From a virus, in the IMG/VR virus record IMGVR_UViG_3300050821_005035, positions 1-64,000 of that record: DNA of 64,000 bases; one strand, 5' to 3'. The notes below the pieces were generated by a model. It was not told the DNA's origin. It did not search any database and worked only from the letters and a program-made list of their open reading frames with translations. This document shows, one piece after another, positions 30,073-39,205 of the stretch. Position 1 is the first letter of the stretch. Each line of letters opens with the position of its first letter. A program made the position numbers and the translations under genes.

Positions 30073-30836
30073 AACTTAACCTCTTCGTCGAAGCCAAAAT
30101 ATTTCTTAATTCCCCGCTTCTTCATCATCAGCGCGTGCCCGGTCGTGAGGGCACGTTGTCGGAACGCTTTGTATCTGGGGTCCTGCTTCGAGGCATCATA
30201 TTCCATCTGATTTATATTTGCTTCCTGAAGGAACGCGACTACGATTTTTGCGGCCTTCAAATCAAGAAAGAAATCCACGTGTTCCCCGCCAATTTTAACT
30301 ATACTTTCATCCCACGGTACGGCTCGAAGAATACTGGTGCGCGCTAGAAAATAATTGGCCGCGATGTCGACCTTCCAAAGTTTGAACGGCAGAAGACGAA
30401 AAGGCAAATCCCCTAATGGGCGGCGATGTTCTTTAATATACTCGCCTGGTACGTATTCAAGGGTTCCTTCATAACATCTATCATTGACTCTGCCAGCGAC
30501 TACGTCGATTTCGTATCCCATGTTTACTTCTGATGAGCTTAATGCCTTTTCCATCTTGATAATCCCTTCTCGCGCTTCGTCTGTTGAGAAGTCAAAATCA
30601 TCTGAGCCAATTAGCGTGTACCGCGTTTGAACTTGCGCGACGCCCGCGTTCCGCTTTGCGGTGAGACCTGAGTCGTAGGGCAGATAAATCTCGTTCGCCG
30701 TTTGAGGAATCACTCCGTCGTCCGATACGACTATGACATCGCACTCCGGCAGGTTCTCCCGGATGCCAGCGAGGCAGTCCCTTAGGTAGCCTCGACGGTG
30801 GAATGTCGGGATGACGATTGTTATGTCACCTAGCAT
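30069..30836 (-). CDS. Glycosyltransferase family 2
   Basis: IVIPTFHR; VSDDG; GLTAKRNAG; SDDFD; EHVDFF. Confidence 0.85.
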   Translation of the reverse strand: MLGDITIVIPTFHRRGYLRDCLAGIRENLPECDVIVVSDDGVIPQTANEIYLPYDSGLTAKRNAGVAQVQTRYTLIGSDDFDFSTDEAREGIIKMEKALSSSEVNMGYEIDVVAGRVNDRCYEGTLEYVPGEYIKEHRRPLGDLPFRLLPFKLWKVDIAANYFLARTSILRAVPWDESIVKIGGEHVDFFLDLKAAKIVVAFLQEANINQMEYDASKQDPRYKAFRQRALTTGHALMMKKRGIKKYFGFDEEVKL

Positions 30837-31177
30837 ACACGTCCTGATTTCCCGATGTACCTTATGCAGCGCGATATTTCCTTAGACGTTGGAGGTGTGT
30901 AAACCGGATAAAATGTCTGCTTCACCGTGACGTCGTACTCGGCTGGACTCAAGCATCCACCCGGGCCATAAACTCGGAAACGGTAATTGTAAGAGGCTCC
31001 GTCGTGATAGAAGCCGGGAGGGAACTCTGCCATATCAGCTTCCGGCTGCTTCTCTTTTAATGCGGTGAGCGATAGAGTGTATATCCATCGCTCAACGGAC
31101 TCAGCCGCGTACTCGGAGAACTCTTTCACCAACTCTTTCGAGTCGGTCTTGTGGACGGAGTGGAACTCCCAGTTCAC
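30830..31177 (-). CDS. Hypothetical protein
   Basis: Coupled ORF. Confidence 0.55.
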   Translation of the reverse strand: MNWEFHSVHKTDSKELVKEFSEYAAESVERWIYTLSLTALKEKQPEADMAEFPPGFYHDGASYNYRFRVYGPGGCLSPAEYDVTVKQTFYPVYTPPTSKEISRCIRYIGKSGRVC

Positions 31178-31713
31178 AACAGTCCTTTGTTGATGCGCTT
31201 CGACACGTCAGCGCGGCGCCGGGCTGCACGGTCGCTGGCCTCGCGCTCTTCCCTGATATCTCGGGCGGCTAGCACGCGTGAGCGTTGGAGGTTAGCCTCG
31301 AACGATTCCTTCGAGCCGTCGAGCAGGAAGTGTAGGGATTCAAATACTTCCCTGGTCTTCTGGATGAGAATCAGCTTGATTCGTGAGTAATGCGGCTTCA
31401 GCCTTTTCTTCGCGTAAGACTGTCGGCCCATGACCTGGCCTCTGGTAGGCTTCTCGTCCGGTCGCATGCAGGTGCGGTAGTCGGGGACCAACTCGCCCTT
31501 GTCATCCTCTCGGAAGTATTCGTAGTCGCCGATACTGTACGTGAAAACTTGCTCGCACTTCTTCTCGTTCTTCCGGTGACGGGTGCTGCAGATGTGGCAC
31601 TTGAACATTTTCCCAAGTTCCGGGTGACGCTCGCTGTAAGACAGATTTCCAATGCTGGCTAGCGCCTTGTCAACTGCTGCCTGCAGTTCTATTGATGCGA
31701 TAAACTCTTCCAT
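31174..31713 (-). CDS. Hypothetical protein with CxxC..H..C
   Basis: Coupled ORF, GGAGG RBS. Confidence 0.6.
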   Translation of the reverse strand: MEEFIASIELQAAVDKALASIGNLSYSERHPELGKMFKCHICSTRHRKNEKKCEQVFTYSIGDYEYFREDDKGELVPDYRTCMRPDEKPTRGQVMGRQSYAKKRLKPHYSRIKLILIQKTREVFESLHFLLDGSKESFEANLQRSRVLAARDIREEREASDRAARRRADVSKRINKGLL

Positions 31714-32393
31714 TAAACTGACCTCCCGTAGTCAAAGTCTCGTCCTTCTCCGCGCATCGCGTTGTTGTCCGGCTCAAATCTGATGGGCACTGGCGAGTAA
31801 GGCGGGTAGTTCGCGTCCTCGTACTCGGCCCAGGCCTCTTCGAACTCTTCGTTGGTCACGCCGACAGCCAGCTGGCGAAGGCGGTCTTTGATAATCAACA
31901 TCCCGTACTCCTCGATTCTTTCCACGGCCTCTTTGACTCCTGAGACATACGCGCGCTCGATGTGCTCACTTTCAATCGTCGCCACGCGGGGTGTCTTCGG
32001 CGCGAGCCACTTGCGCTTCTTCCTCTCGCTCTCGTCGACCGAGTCAGCCGAGGTGTAAACTATGTCGGTGCCGGGGATGTCTTCCGTATAAGACTCCTCC
32101 TGCTTCCCGGTTCCGGAGCACTTGGCGCAAATCTTAACGTCCTGCCCGCCCTTGCAGTGGGAGCAGATAACGTCTCTAACGCCACGGGTGCGCGACACCA
32201 CAATCCACTTGGCCTCGCCGCGCTTCACGATGGCAGTGGCCTCCGTGATGTTGATAATCAGGCGGCAAGAGCACTTCGGCGCCGGTGGTTCTTTCTCTTC
32301 TAAGACTACTGCTTCCTGCCCACGGCATGAGTGAATTTTCGAAACGTACATAGGGTCTCCGGTGTTGCTCACCAGTTCCCCCGTTGGGGTCAC
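31713..32393 (-). CDS. Hypothetical protein with DnaJ-like CxxCxG Zn finger
   Basis: CSHCKG...CAKCSGTG. Confidence 0.6.
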   Translation of the reverse strand: MTPTGELVSNTGDPMYVSKIHSCRGQEAVVLEEKEPPAPKCSCRLIINITEATAIVKRGEAKWIVVSRTRGVRDVICSHCKGGQDVKICAKCSGTGKQEESYTEDIPGTDIVYTSADSVDESERKKRKWLAPKTPRVATIESEHIERAYVSGVKEAVERIEEYGMLIIKDRLRQLAVGVTNEEFEEAWAEYEDANYPPYSPVPIRFEPDNNAMRGEGRDFDYGRSV

Positions 32394-32806
32394 ATATTCG
32401 GTGGTCGTCTCAGCGGTCCGGTATTATTGGCGCGCTGTCCTCTGGCGACTCGGCGCATGATTTTAAACGCCATCTTGGTTGCGTTAAGGGTCATGCCCAT
32501 CTCCTTGGCTACCTGGGAGTTGGACATCTGGACCCGATAGTAGAGATGAATAAGGCGGACCCAGCGGCCCGCACGGATAGCTTGCGCGTTGTTGGTGCGC
32601 AGCTTCGGGAAGGAGCGGAGAAGAACGGTCCGGACTTCCTTGTCGCTCAACGTCCACTCTGGTATATTGCGCTCCCTGGTGCGAACCTTCTTGATCTTGT
32701 GCGCGCTCATGAAGCCGTCGTCTGTGTCCAACCGCGACCGTAGTTTCTTCATATCCCTTCTTCTCTGGTCACTTGCCATCGGCTTCCTCCAGTGTTCCGT
32801 TGTCAT
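32390..32806 (-). CDS. Putative HTH (sigma region 4-like) regulator
   Basis: LYYRVQMSNSQVAKEMGMTLNATK; start may be ATG 32779. Confidence 0.55.
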   Translation of the reverse strand: MTTEHWRKPMASDQRRRDMKKLRSRLDTDDGFMSAHKIKKVRTRERNIPEWTLSDKEVRTVLLRSFPKLRTNNAQAIRAGRWVRLIHLYYRVQMSNSQVAKEMGMTLNATKMAFKIMRRVARGQRANNTGPLRRPPNM

Positions 32807-32920
32807 TCAATTCGGGTTCCTCCTGCAGTCCAAGCTGGCGCTCTCCCAGCCCGTGACTTTTTAGCACGTCCTCCCAGTACGGGAAGTCCTCCCTGCTCAA
32901 ATCCGGCTTACTTATCGCTC

Positions 32921-34120
32921 TCATATTGCCTCGTTGTCTTCTTCCGCGAAGATGTCAACGTCTTCGTCGGACTTGGTGAAGTTCAGTTCCTTGTATCCTT
33001 GCTCTTTCAAGACGAACGCGCGGAAGTACGGGTCGCTGCGGTCGTCGTGCGGGTATCGTACGCTAAACGTGTCCGGGTAGCTCTGTGACTTCCACGCGTT
33101 CACGATGCTGATAATCTGCCTCTGCGCTACCTTGCCCGCGTCTTCTGCCGACTCTACGGTAACGAATCCGGCGTTGAATTGCAAGCGTTGTTTTGTTACA
33201 GACTCCTCTTGCGCAAAGGTTCCGTTCTCTTCCAGCCACTTCGCGCGTCGTTCCTTCGCGACATTGGTCTGCTCCGTCTTCCCGTTCTTCTGCCCTTGGA
33301 CGCGCTCCATCTCCTCGACCATGAAGTCGTTCGGGAGAAGCCAGATGCCCTCGTCTTCCACCAGCGCGATCACGGCCTCTGCCCCGGCCTTCATGAACCC
33401 GACGTCTTCGAGCAGCGTGACCGAGTAGCCCTTCTGGATGCTCAGCCCCTTTTTAACGAACCAAGCCATCGCGACATCGCGTATGCCGCTGACCCACGAA
33501 TACAGTCGCAGCTGTATATCGTACGCAGCGATGCCGTACTGCTCCGGGAAGTCTGCCCCAGCTGTCTTGATGTCAACGATGATTGGCCGGAAAGCGCCGT
33601 ACTCAGGCTTCCAATCCAGCTTAGGTAACATAGGATGCTGGGGTTCAACGAAGGCGACGATGTCGAGCCTTCCTTCGAATTCGATCTCACCATAATTGGC
33701 GTCTCCTGGAAATACTTCCTTGCCGTATATTCTTTGGAACACAGCTTGCCCGCCGAGCGGAATAGGAAGACTCGGCTGGCGAATAGCGTACAGCTTCAGC
33801 CAATCCGTTCCGATGCGGAGGCACTGCGCCCAGTCTTTCTCGACTCGGGTGAACTGCAGTTCCTTGTTATCTCGGAACGCGTTCCACTGGGTCTCGAAGT
33901 GCTTAAGCGTCGAGGCCAGGTCGCCTCGGTTCTCGTGGTAATACTGGAACGACGACTCGAAGGCCTTTCCAAGTTCGAACCGTGCGAGCTTGTTCTTCTC
34001 ACGCCAGCCTAGAACCTTCTGGAGGTAATATTTAAAATTTGAGTGGTCCCAGGTAGACCCGGCGCTGTAGCTATGTTTGCGGTGCGGTCTTCCGGTCGGT
34101 CCTATGTAAAGGAATGCCAT
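32921..34120 (-). CDS. PD-(D/E)XK (RecB/AddB-like) exonuclease
   Basis: HSYS; EGRLD; IVDIKT; QLRLY; GGAGGA RBS before MAFLY. Confidence 0.8.
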   Translation of the reverse strand: MAFLYIGPTGRPHRKHSYSAGSTWDHSNFKYYLQKVLGWREKNKLARFELGKAFESSFQYYHENRGDLASTLKHFETQWNAFRDNKELQFTRVEKDWAQCLRIGTDWLKLYAIRQPSLPIPLGGQAVFQRIYGKEVFPGDANYGEIEFEGRLDIVAFVEPQHPMLPKLDWKPEYGAFRPIIVDIKTAGADFPEQYGIAAYDIQLRLYSWVSGIRDVAMAWFVKKGLSIQKGYSVTLLEDVGFMKAGAEAVIALVEDEGIWLLPNDFMVEEMERVQGQKNGKTEQTNVAKERRAKWLEENGTFAQEESVTKQRLQFNAGFVTVESAEDAGKVAQRQIISIVNAWKSQSYPDTFSVRYPHDDRSDPYFRAFVLKEQGYKELNFTKSDEDVDIFAEEDNEAI

Positions 34121-34122
34121 TC

Positions 34123-34608
34123 TTAGTCCTCCCACTTTTTTATGTACTTGATTATGGCGTATAGAATTCGTGTATCTTCTTGGGAGTGTCCAACTATGAA
34201 ATTACAGTTTACACACAGCAAATCTCTGCAAGTGCCTTCTCTCCCATGCTTGTGATCTACGTTAGGGGGTCCTGCCACTTTTCCGAATACTCTCTGGCAA
34301 GCGGCGCATCTGTTTCTTTGTTTACGCTTTTTCTCGTTAAAGGTGGCGACTGTTAAACCATATTTCTTTTTCAAACGATGTCGACGATATCTTGCCTTTG
34401 CTCTTTTTGGATTTAGCTTTGCCCACCGTCTTCTAAGAAACGCTCCGCGTTCTTGGTTTAAACTCTCCCATACTTTGACTCCGTCACAATCGAGACAGTA
34501 TTTTCTATGAGCATTAGCGTAACGAGTCCCTATTTTCTTAGTTCTCACTAAGAACCGCTTTTTGCACGTTTTGTTTTGACAAATTTTACTGCTCATTGGT
34601 TTCACCAA
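34123..34608 (-). CDS. Endonuclease VII-family homing endonuclease
   Basis: YGLT...Q.NRCAAC..VDHKH...RDLLCVNCN..G; AT-rich. Confidence 0.85.
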   Translation of the reverse strand: MVKPMSSKICQNKTCKKRFLVRTKKIGTRYANAHRKYCLDCDGVKVWESLNQERGAFLRRRWAKLNPKRAKARYRRHRLKKKYGLTVATFNEKKRKQRNRCAACQRVFGKVAGPPNVDHKHGREGTCRDLLCVNCNFIVGHSQEDTRILYAIIKYIKKWED

Positions 34609-36208
34609 AAATCTCTATGTCATCTATGAACTGATTCAAAAATTGGCTTCTGTTTTTTGAGAAAGAAATCTGTAATTCATCTGAACTCCTACTGCACGCG
34701 ACGAAGAATATGCGGCTCTCTTCCTGCAGTTCCCCGTCCTTGTGGGGCATAGTTCCCTGGTTGCACCCGACCACGAAGACGTGTTTGAATTCCCGGCCCT
34801 TCGCCTGGTGTACGGTCGATAGCGTCAGAATCGGCTCCGTCTTGGAGCGGCGCATGAACGTGATCTTGCGTAGCCAGTCTAAGAACTGCGGGACAGTCAA
34901 CGGCAGGCCTGTCTCTTTACTCTTGCGTCCGGCCATTCTCACCACGTCATTCATATTCTCAATCGGGTCCTTATCCATGCCGCCCTTGGTGTTGGTGTAC
35001 CGGTAGACCAGGTTGTGCTCTCGGATTAGTTCGGTCATCACCACGGCGGCGGGACGGGGGTCCGAGGTCTTTTCCTTCGTCAGGTCGATCAGGTGCTTGA
35101 CCTCGTTCTCCTGCCATACATTTTTCTTGCCGAGTATTTCTGCCTTGATGTTTCTAGACATCGCGCGCCGTTGAATCAGCTGCAGCTGGCGGTTGGTGCG
35201 AGCCAGCACGGCGGACTCTTCCGCGATGTCGCGGCTGTTGATCTCGTTTAATACCTCGTTGGCCTCTTCGTCCTCGCCCTGGTATCCGATGAAACGGACC
35301 TCGTCGCCTACGGGGCGCATCGAGACCATGCGGCTCGCCAGGCCGTTGTCGACCGGGAGAATCTTCTTCAAGAAGTCTACAAGTCTAACAGTCGACCGAT
35401 AATTAGAGCCAAGGTAGAGCGTCTTTGCTCCGGGGAAAGTTTTGGCAAAGTTAGAGAGATTTCCAGCTTGTGCTGATCTCCACTCGTAGATAAGTTGATT
35501 TTCATCTCCGACCACGAAGATGTTTCCTCCGTAGATGAGTTTGAGGAGTTGGAATTGAGTTGTGTCGGTGTCTTGGCACTCGTCGACCGCAACATATTTA
35601 CGTACATTTCGAAGTCTGACTCCATCATTTTCCTCCAAAAGTTTGACCGTCTCTTTAATCAGGCTGTCGAAGTCGAGCCAGCCTTGCCTTCTGCACTGGA
35701 TTTCATAATCTCGGAACGCGAGAGCGTAGAAGTAAGTTACCCCGCCGCTGAACTCTTGTTCCATAGCTTGTTCCGGACTCACGTTCCCGGCCTTCCACTC
35801 GCTGATGCGCTCTGACAGCGCGCGGTATGAGGTGATAGGCGGGTAGGTCTTGAGTAAATCTTTCATTAAGAGGAACTGCTCCCCGCGAACAGGGATGATC
35901 GAGGGGCAGGTCGGGAAAGACAAGTGCTCTCGTTCTCTTTTGAGGAGGTCAAGGCAATAGGAGTGGAATGTTCGAAAGACCTGGGTCGCGTCGAGGTACT
36001 GGCTCACGCGCTCGACCATTTCCTTGGCGGCTGCGCTCGTGAACGTCAGGTTCAAGATATCGGTGTCCGGGATGCCCGCCATTCGCATCTTCAGATAACG
36101 CTCCACCAACACGCGCGTCTTTCCCGCGCCAGGACCGGCTATCGTAACGAAATCTCCGTTGATAGAGTCGACGCAGATTTGTTGTTCCGGGTTGAGTTGT
36201 AAGGTCAC
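34586..36208 (-). CDS. UvrD/Rep superfamily 1 helicase
   Basis: AGPGAGKT; LTFT; TFHS; VDECQD; VGDENQLIYEWR; NYRS; STVHQAKGREF; FFVACSR. Confidence 0.95.
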   Translation of the reverse strand: MTLQLNPEQQICVDSINGDFVTIAGPGAGKTRVLVERYLKMRMAGIPDTDILNLTFTSAAAKEMVERVSQYLDATQVFRTFHSYCLDLLKREREHLSFPTCPSIIPVRGEQFLLMKDLLKTYPPITSYRALSERISEWKAGNVSPEQAMEQEFSGGVTYFYALAFRDYEIQCRRQGWLDFDSLIKETVKLLEENDGVRLRNVRKYVAVDECQDTDTTQFQLLKLIYGGNIFVVGDENQLIYEWRSAQAGNLSNFAKTFPGAKTLYLGSNYRSTVRLVDFLKKILPVDNGLASRMVSMRPVGDEVRFIGYQGEDEEANEVLNEINSRDIAEESAVLARTNRQLQLIQRRAMSRNIKAEILGKKNVWQENEVKHLIDLTKEKTSDPRPAAVVMTELIREHNLVYRYTNTKGGMDKDPIENMNDVVRMAGRKSKETGLPLTVPQFLDWLRKITFMRRSKTEPILTLSTVHQAKGREFKHVFVVGCNQGTMPHKDGELQEESRIFFVACSRSSDELQISFSKNRSQFLNQFIDDIEIFGETNEQ

Positions 36209-36432
36209 TTAGCCTTCGGCTCGTCGGCTGGGTAAACCACGCCCGCCTTGCGGTCTATGTAATAGTCCGCGTCTTCCACAGCCGTAACGTAGATGACATC
36301 GCTGCTTGGATACTTCGGATGAATCATGTCGCACTTTACCAGTGTGCATTTGGTGTGCTCGCCTTCCGCCCTCCGGTCGAGCTTAGAGAGCAGGGTAAGA
36401 AGATTGCGTCGGGTCAGATATAGTTGTTGCAT
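36205..36432 (-). CDS. Hypothetical protein
   Basis: Coupled ORF; LTRRNLLTLLSKLD. Confidence 0.65.
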   Translation of the reverse strand: MQQLYLTRRNLLTLLSKLDRRAEGEHTKCTLVKCDMIHPKYPSSDVIYVTAVEDADYYIDRKAGVVYPADEPKAK

Positions 36433-37745
36433 TACTTCACCCCCAACGAGTCGTTTATGTATTTCACAAGGCCCTTAGATGTATTGGTCGTAACGAAACT
36501 TTCGAACCAGACCAGCATCGTGTCCCACTGAGCGGTCGACATGAATTGAGGCGCGGTGCCGGATGTCTTGGTGATGAACGCGCGCATCTTTTGGACGGAG
36601 CCTATCCCCTCGCTGCTGGGCAGTTCGGATGTGTAGACCGAGACCCGCTTGCGATAGTCGGACATTTGTAGGTCGGTCGGCTTGCCGAGGAAGTCTGTAC
36701 CCTGATTGGGTACGCTCGTACCCGTTGTGGGTACAGGCGTCGATATTGTTTGTGACGAAACCCCCTCGGTAGGGGGGATTTGTGCAACAGAATGTGCTTG
36801 CGGCGGTGCAGCAGCTGCGGCTTGTATCGGCTCGCGGCGCAGTCCATCAAAATTATCGTTCGGCACATCAACGGGTGCTGGCTTGGAGACCGTTTCTGGC
36901 TCCACGTCCATGTTCACGGTGTTCTTTTGACGTCTGGCGCGGCGGGGGCGCGTGGGTTCCTCGGGGCTGCTCTCAAACGCCTCTGGCTGCTCCACGGCGG
37001 GCTGTACAGCGACTTCATCCCAGGTCTTGAGGAAAGCAGCCGCCTCAGACGAAAGGCGCGCCTGGTTGGCTACAAACTCGTTCTGAGCCTCTTCTGGTGT
37101 GAGTACCTTTCCGTCTCGGATGTATGGCTTTCCGTTCATATTGGCCGATGTCCAGCCAGATACCGTCTCAGGGGGCGCTGCTGTTGGGGTGACGTCGCGG
37201 CCCGGTGCGTTGTTTACGGAGACGGGCGCCGGGGGGATGACCATCGGACTGCCAGAAAGTGTCACTTGGGAGGCCGGATTCGAAAGGTCGGCCACGGTCG
37301 CGCGGAGCTCGCTCTCGTCTAGGATACCGAGGGAGGTGAACTGCATCGTAAGGCGGCGTTGCGCGCGGGTGCTCGCGGTCATGATCGAGTCGTCCAGCGC
37401 CTTGCCAGTAAGGGTGCCGAGGTGCTTAGAGCCTGTCGCGATCTCCTGCCTGCCTATCTCGTTCTTCCCGGTCGCGGTGAAGACGATAGAGCCGTTGACC
37501 ATCTTGTCGGTGAGCGAGGTGACGTTGATACCCAGCTTATTGCGGAGCACTTCGGCGGTGCCACGGCGTGCGTAAATGACCAGCGACTTGCCGGGTCCCT
37601 GCTCGTTGTCCATCCAGATTGTATCCAAAGCGTTCAAGTCTGGATCGAGGCCAATAAATTCGCTGACGTCTCGGAGGTACTGGTGAAGCTGTTCCGCGCT
37701 CATCTTGGAAAGGTCGTGCTGAATGACTAGCTTAGGTTTGCTCAT
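36432..37745 (-). CDS. Putative ssDNA-annealing recombinase (Bet/RecT-like N-terminus, disordered middle)
   Basis: YARR..AE.LR; IMTASTRAQRR; GILDESE; next to helicase and exonuclease. Confidence 0.45.
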   Translation of the reverse strand: MSKPKLVIQHDLSKMSAEQLHQYLRDVSEFIGLDPDLNALDTIWMDNEQGPGKSLVIYARRGTAEVLRNKLGINVTSLTDKMVNGSIVFTATGKNEIGRQEIATGSKHLGTLTGKALDDSIMTASTRAQRRLTMQFTSLGILDESELRATVADLSNPASQVTLSGSPMVIPPAPVSVNNAPGRDVTPTAAPPETVSGWTSANMNGKPYIRDGKVLTPEEAQNEFVANQARLSSEAAAFLKTWDEVAVQPAVEQPEAFESSPEEPTRPRRARRQKNTVNMDVEPETVSKPAPVDVPNDNFDGLRREPIQAAAAAPPQAHSVAQIPPTEGVSSQTISTPVPTTGTSVPNQGTDFLGKPTDLQMSDYRKRVSVYTSELPSSEGIGSVQKMRAFITKTSGTAPQFMSTAQWDTMLVWFESFVTTNTSKGLVKYINDSLGVK

Positions 37746-37761
37746 GTGCCCTCATTTAGAA

Positions 37762-37790
37762 ATAGTACCACATAAAATCGAAAATGTCAA
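37762..37790 (-). promoter_or_regulatory. Sigma70-type promoter
   Basis: TTGACA-17 bp-TACTAT with TGn. Confidence 0.75.
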
Positions 37791-38146
37791 GACGTTTTTC
37801 TCTTCCGCGCCTGATTCACGCTCATCAGACGAGGCCACCCGGAAGCTATCTGTGCCATTGCCTTATCTGTTATGGGCCTCCCCCCGCCGCCCTCAAGCTT
37901 TGTTGAGTCGACCCACTTAGGCTTCGCGGTAATTTTTGGCTTAGGCAACGGGTCGCCTTCTTCCCGAGGAGATAGACGACGGACAAACGAGTCCGTAACT
38001 TGGAGGACGGTTCCGGACTCTAGGCGCAGGGTGGTGGTGGCGCCGGAGACCATGACGTACGGAAGTTCTGCCATGAATTCGAAGTAGGTGGGTATACGTC
38101 CGCCGACGGAGGAGTAGTGCTTCAACCAGGTTCCAGGAGTAATCAT
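37787..38146 (-). CDS. Hypothetical protein
   Basis: ATGA-coupled ORF. Confidence 0.55.
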   Translation of the reverse strand: MITPGTWLKHYSSVGGRIPTYFEFMAELPYVMVSGATTTLRLESGTVLQVTDSFVRRLSPREEGDPLPKPKITAKPKWVDSTKLEGGGGRPITDKAMAQIASGWPRLMSVNQARKRKTS

Positions 38147-38448
38147 TGCGGCCCGTCCAAGTGGTTCGGCGGCGCGTTCAAGACGTCCGGGTCGGAGTCT
38201 TTGTTGCCGAGGCCGAGGAGGATGAGCACCCGGGCGTCAGGCGCGTGTAAGACCTGCCAGCGGTGATCTCGGGCGATCTGGCGTAAGATGTCTTGGGTCT
38301 CTGTCCAAGTCTTGCCGGGCTGGTATCCGTGAGAGACGAGCGCGGATTGAATCTGCTTCAAGCGTTTCCCGTCCGGCTGCAGCTGATTTGCATTAACAAG
38401 GCCATGAAAGACGAACACGGCCATGATAATTAAAATTGCTCGTCTCAT
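38143..38448 (-). CDS. Small exported protein, possible peptidoglycan-binding helix
   Basis: Signal peptide; IQSALVSHGY; follows transglycosylase. Confidence 0.55.
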   Translation of the reverse strand: MRRAILIIMAVFVFHGLVNANQLQPDGKRLKQIQSALVSHGYQPGKTWTETQDILRQIARDHRWQVLHAPDARVLILLGLGNKDSDPDVLNAPPNHLDGPQ

Positions 38449-38990
38449 TGGTACCTCGCTGCGGTCAGAACTTTAGTCGAGTACGTGTTCGTGTGGTCTC
38501 CGAATCCGTTGTAAGCGTGCAGCCCCTCTTCCACCCCGTACCGCTTGATGTAGCCTTTCAAGATTCCACATCCGACCGCCATGTTAACGGCTGGGTCTAG
38601 AAGCTGCCGCTTAGAATACCGCTTGTAAAGAGGGTAGTGTACCTGCATCAGCCCGATGTCTTTCGTGCTGGATTCTGCGTTCGGCTTGCAGGAAGATTCC
38701 ACGAAAATCAGCGCCGCTAAAATCCTGGGAGAGATTCCCATCTCGACAGCAAACTTACCGGTCAGCAACGAGTAGTCGTCACCACAGCCGTTGTAACGGT
38801 AGATGTCTCGTGCGATCTTTGCCGCCCTTGCGTACTGCTTCTCTAGCCGTTCCTGCTGGATGGATTCCTTTATCTGTTCTTGTGTGAAAGGCTGCGCCAA
38901 GACGGTCTTAACGTCCGGGGTCCCGTACTTGTCGTGGAACAAGGAACCGGACATGCATATTAGAAAAACCAGAGTCAGTAGTTTGCTCAT
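38445..38990 (-). CDS. Lytic transglycosylase (SLT family) with N-terminal signal
   Basis: ALIFVESS; GLMQV; N...G..IL; AYNG; ATG lies 6 nt after the -10 box (leaderless). Confidence 0.85.
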   Translation of the reverse strand: MSKLLTLVFLICMSGSLFHDKYGTPDVKTVLAQPFTQEQIKESIQQERLEKQYARAAKIARDIYRYNGCGDDYSLLTGKFAVEMGISPRILAALIFVESSCKPNAESSTKDIGLMQVHYPLYKRYSKRQLLDPAVNMAVGCGILKGYIKRYGVEEGLHAYNGFGDHTNTYSTKVLTAARYQ

Positions 38991-38996
38991 GGTCAA

Positions 38997-39025
38997 AGCG
39001 TAGCATACACCTACCGGGTTGTCAA
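38997..39025 (-). promoter_or_regulatory. Sigma70-type promoter
   Basis: TTGACA-17 bp-TACGCT with TGn. Confidence 0.6.
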
Positions 39026-39205
39026 GCTTTATTTGCAGCGGCAGTCCTCTATAGGAATTCTGTCGCCGTCTTTGACGTTGCATGGCAGGCAGTCATAGAC
39101 GCCAAACATGCTGTGAGACAGCGTCCCTATTTCCACTTTGAATTCCTTACCGCAGACGCATACCCAGGTTACCATTGGAACAAATTTAATTTCTTCCATA
39201 ATCCC

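Noticed and set aside
32921-34120. Cas4/CRISPR-associated nuclease
   Set aside because: No Fe-S Cys cluster; context is a helicase-recombination block
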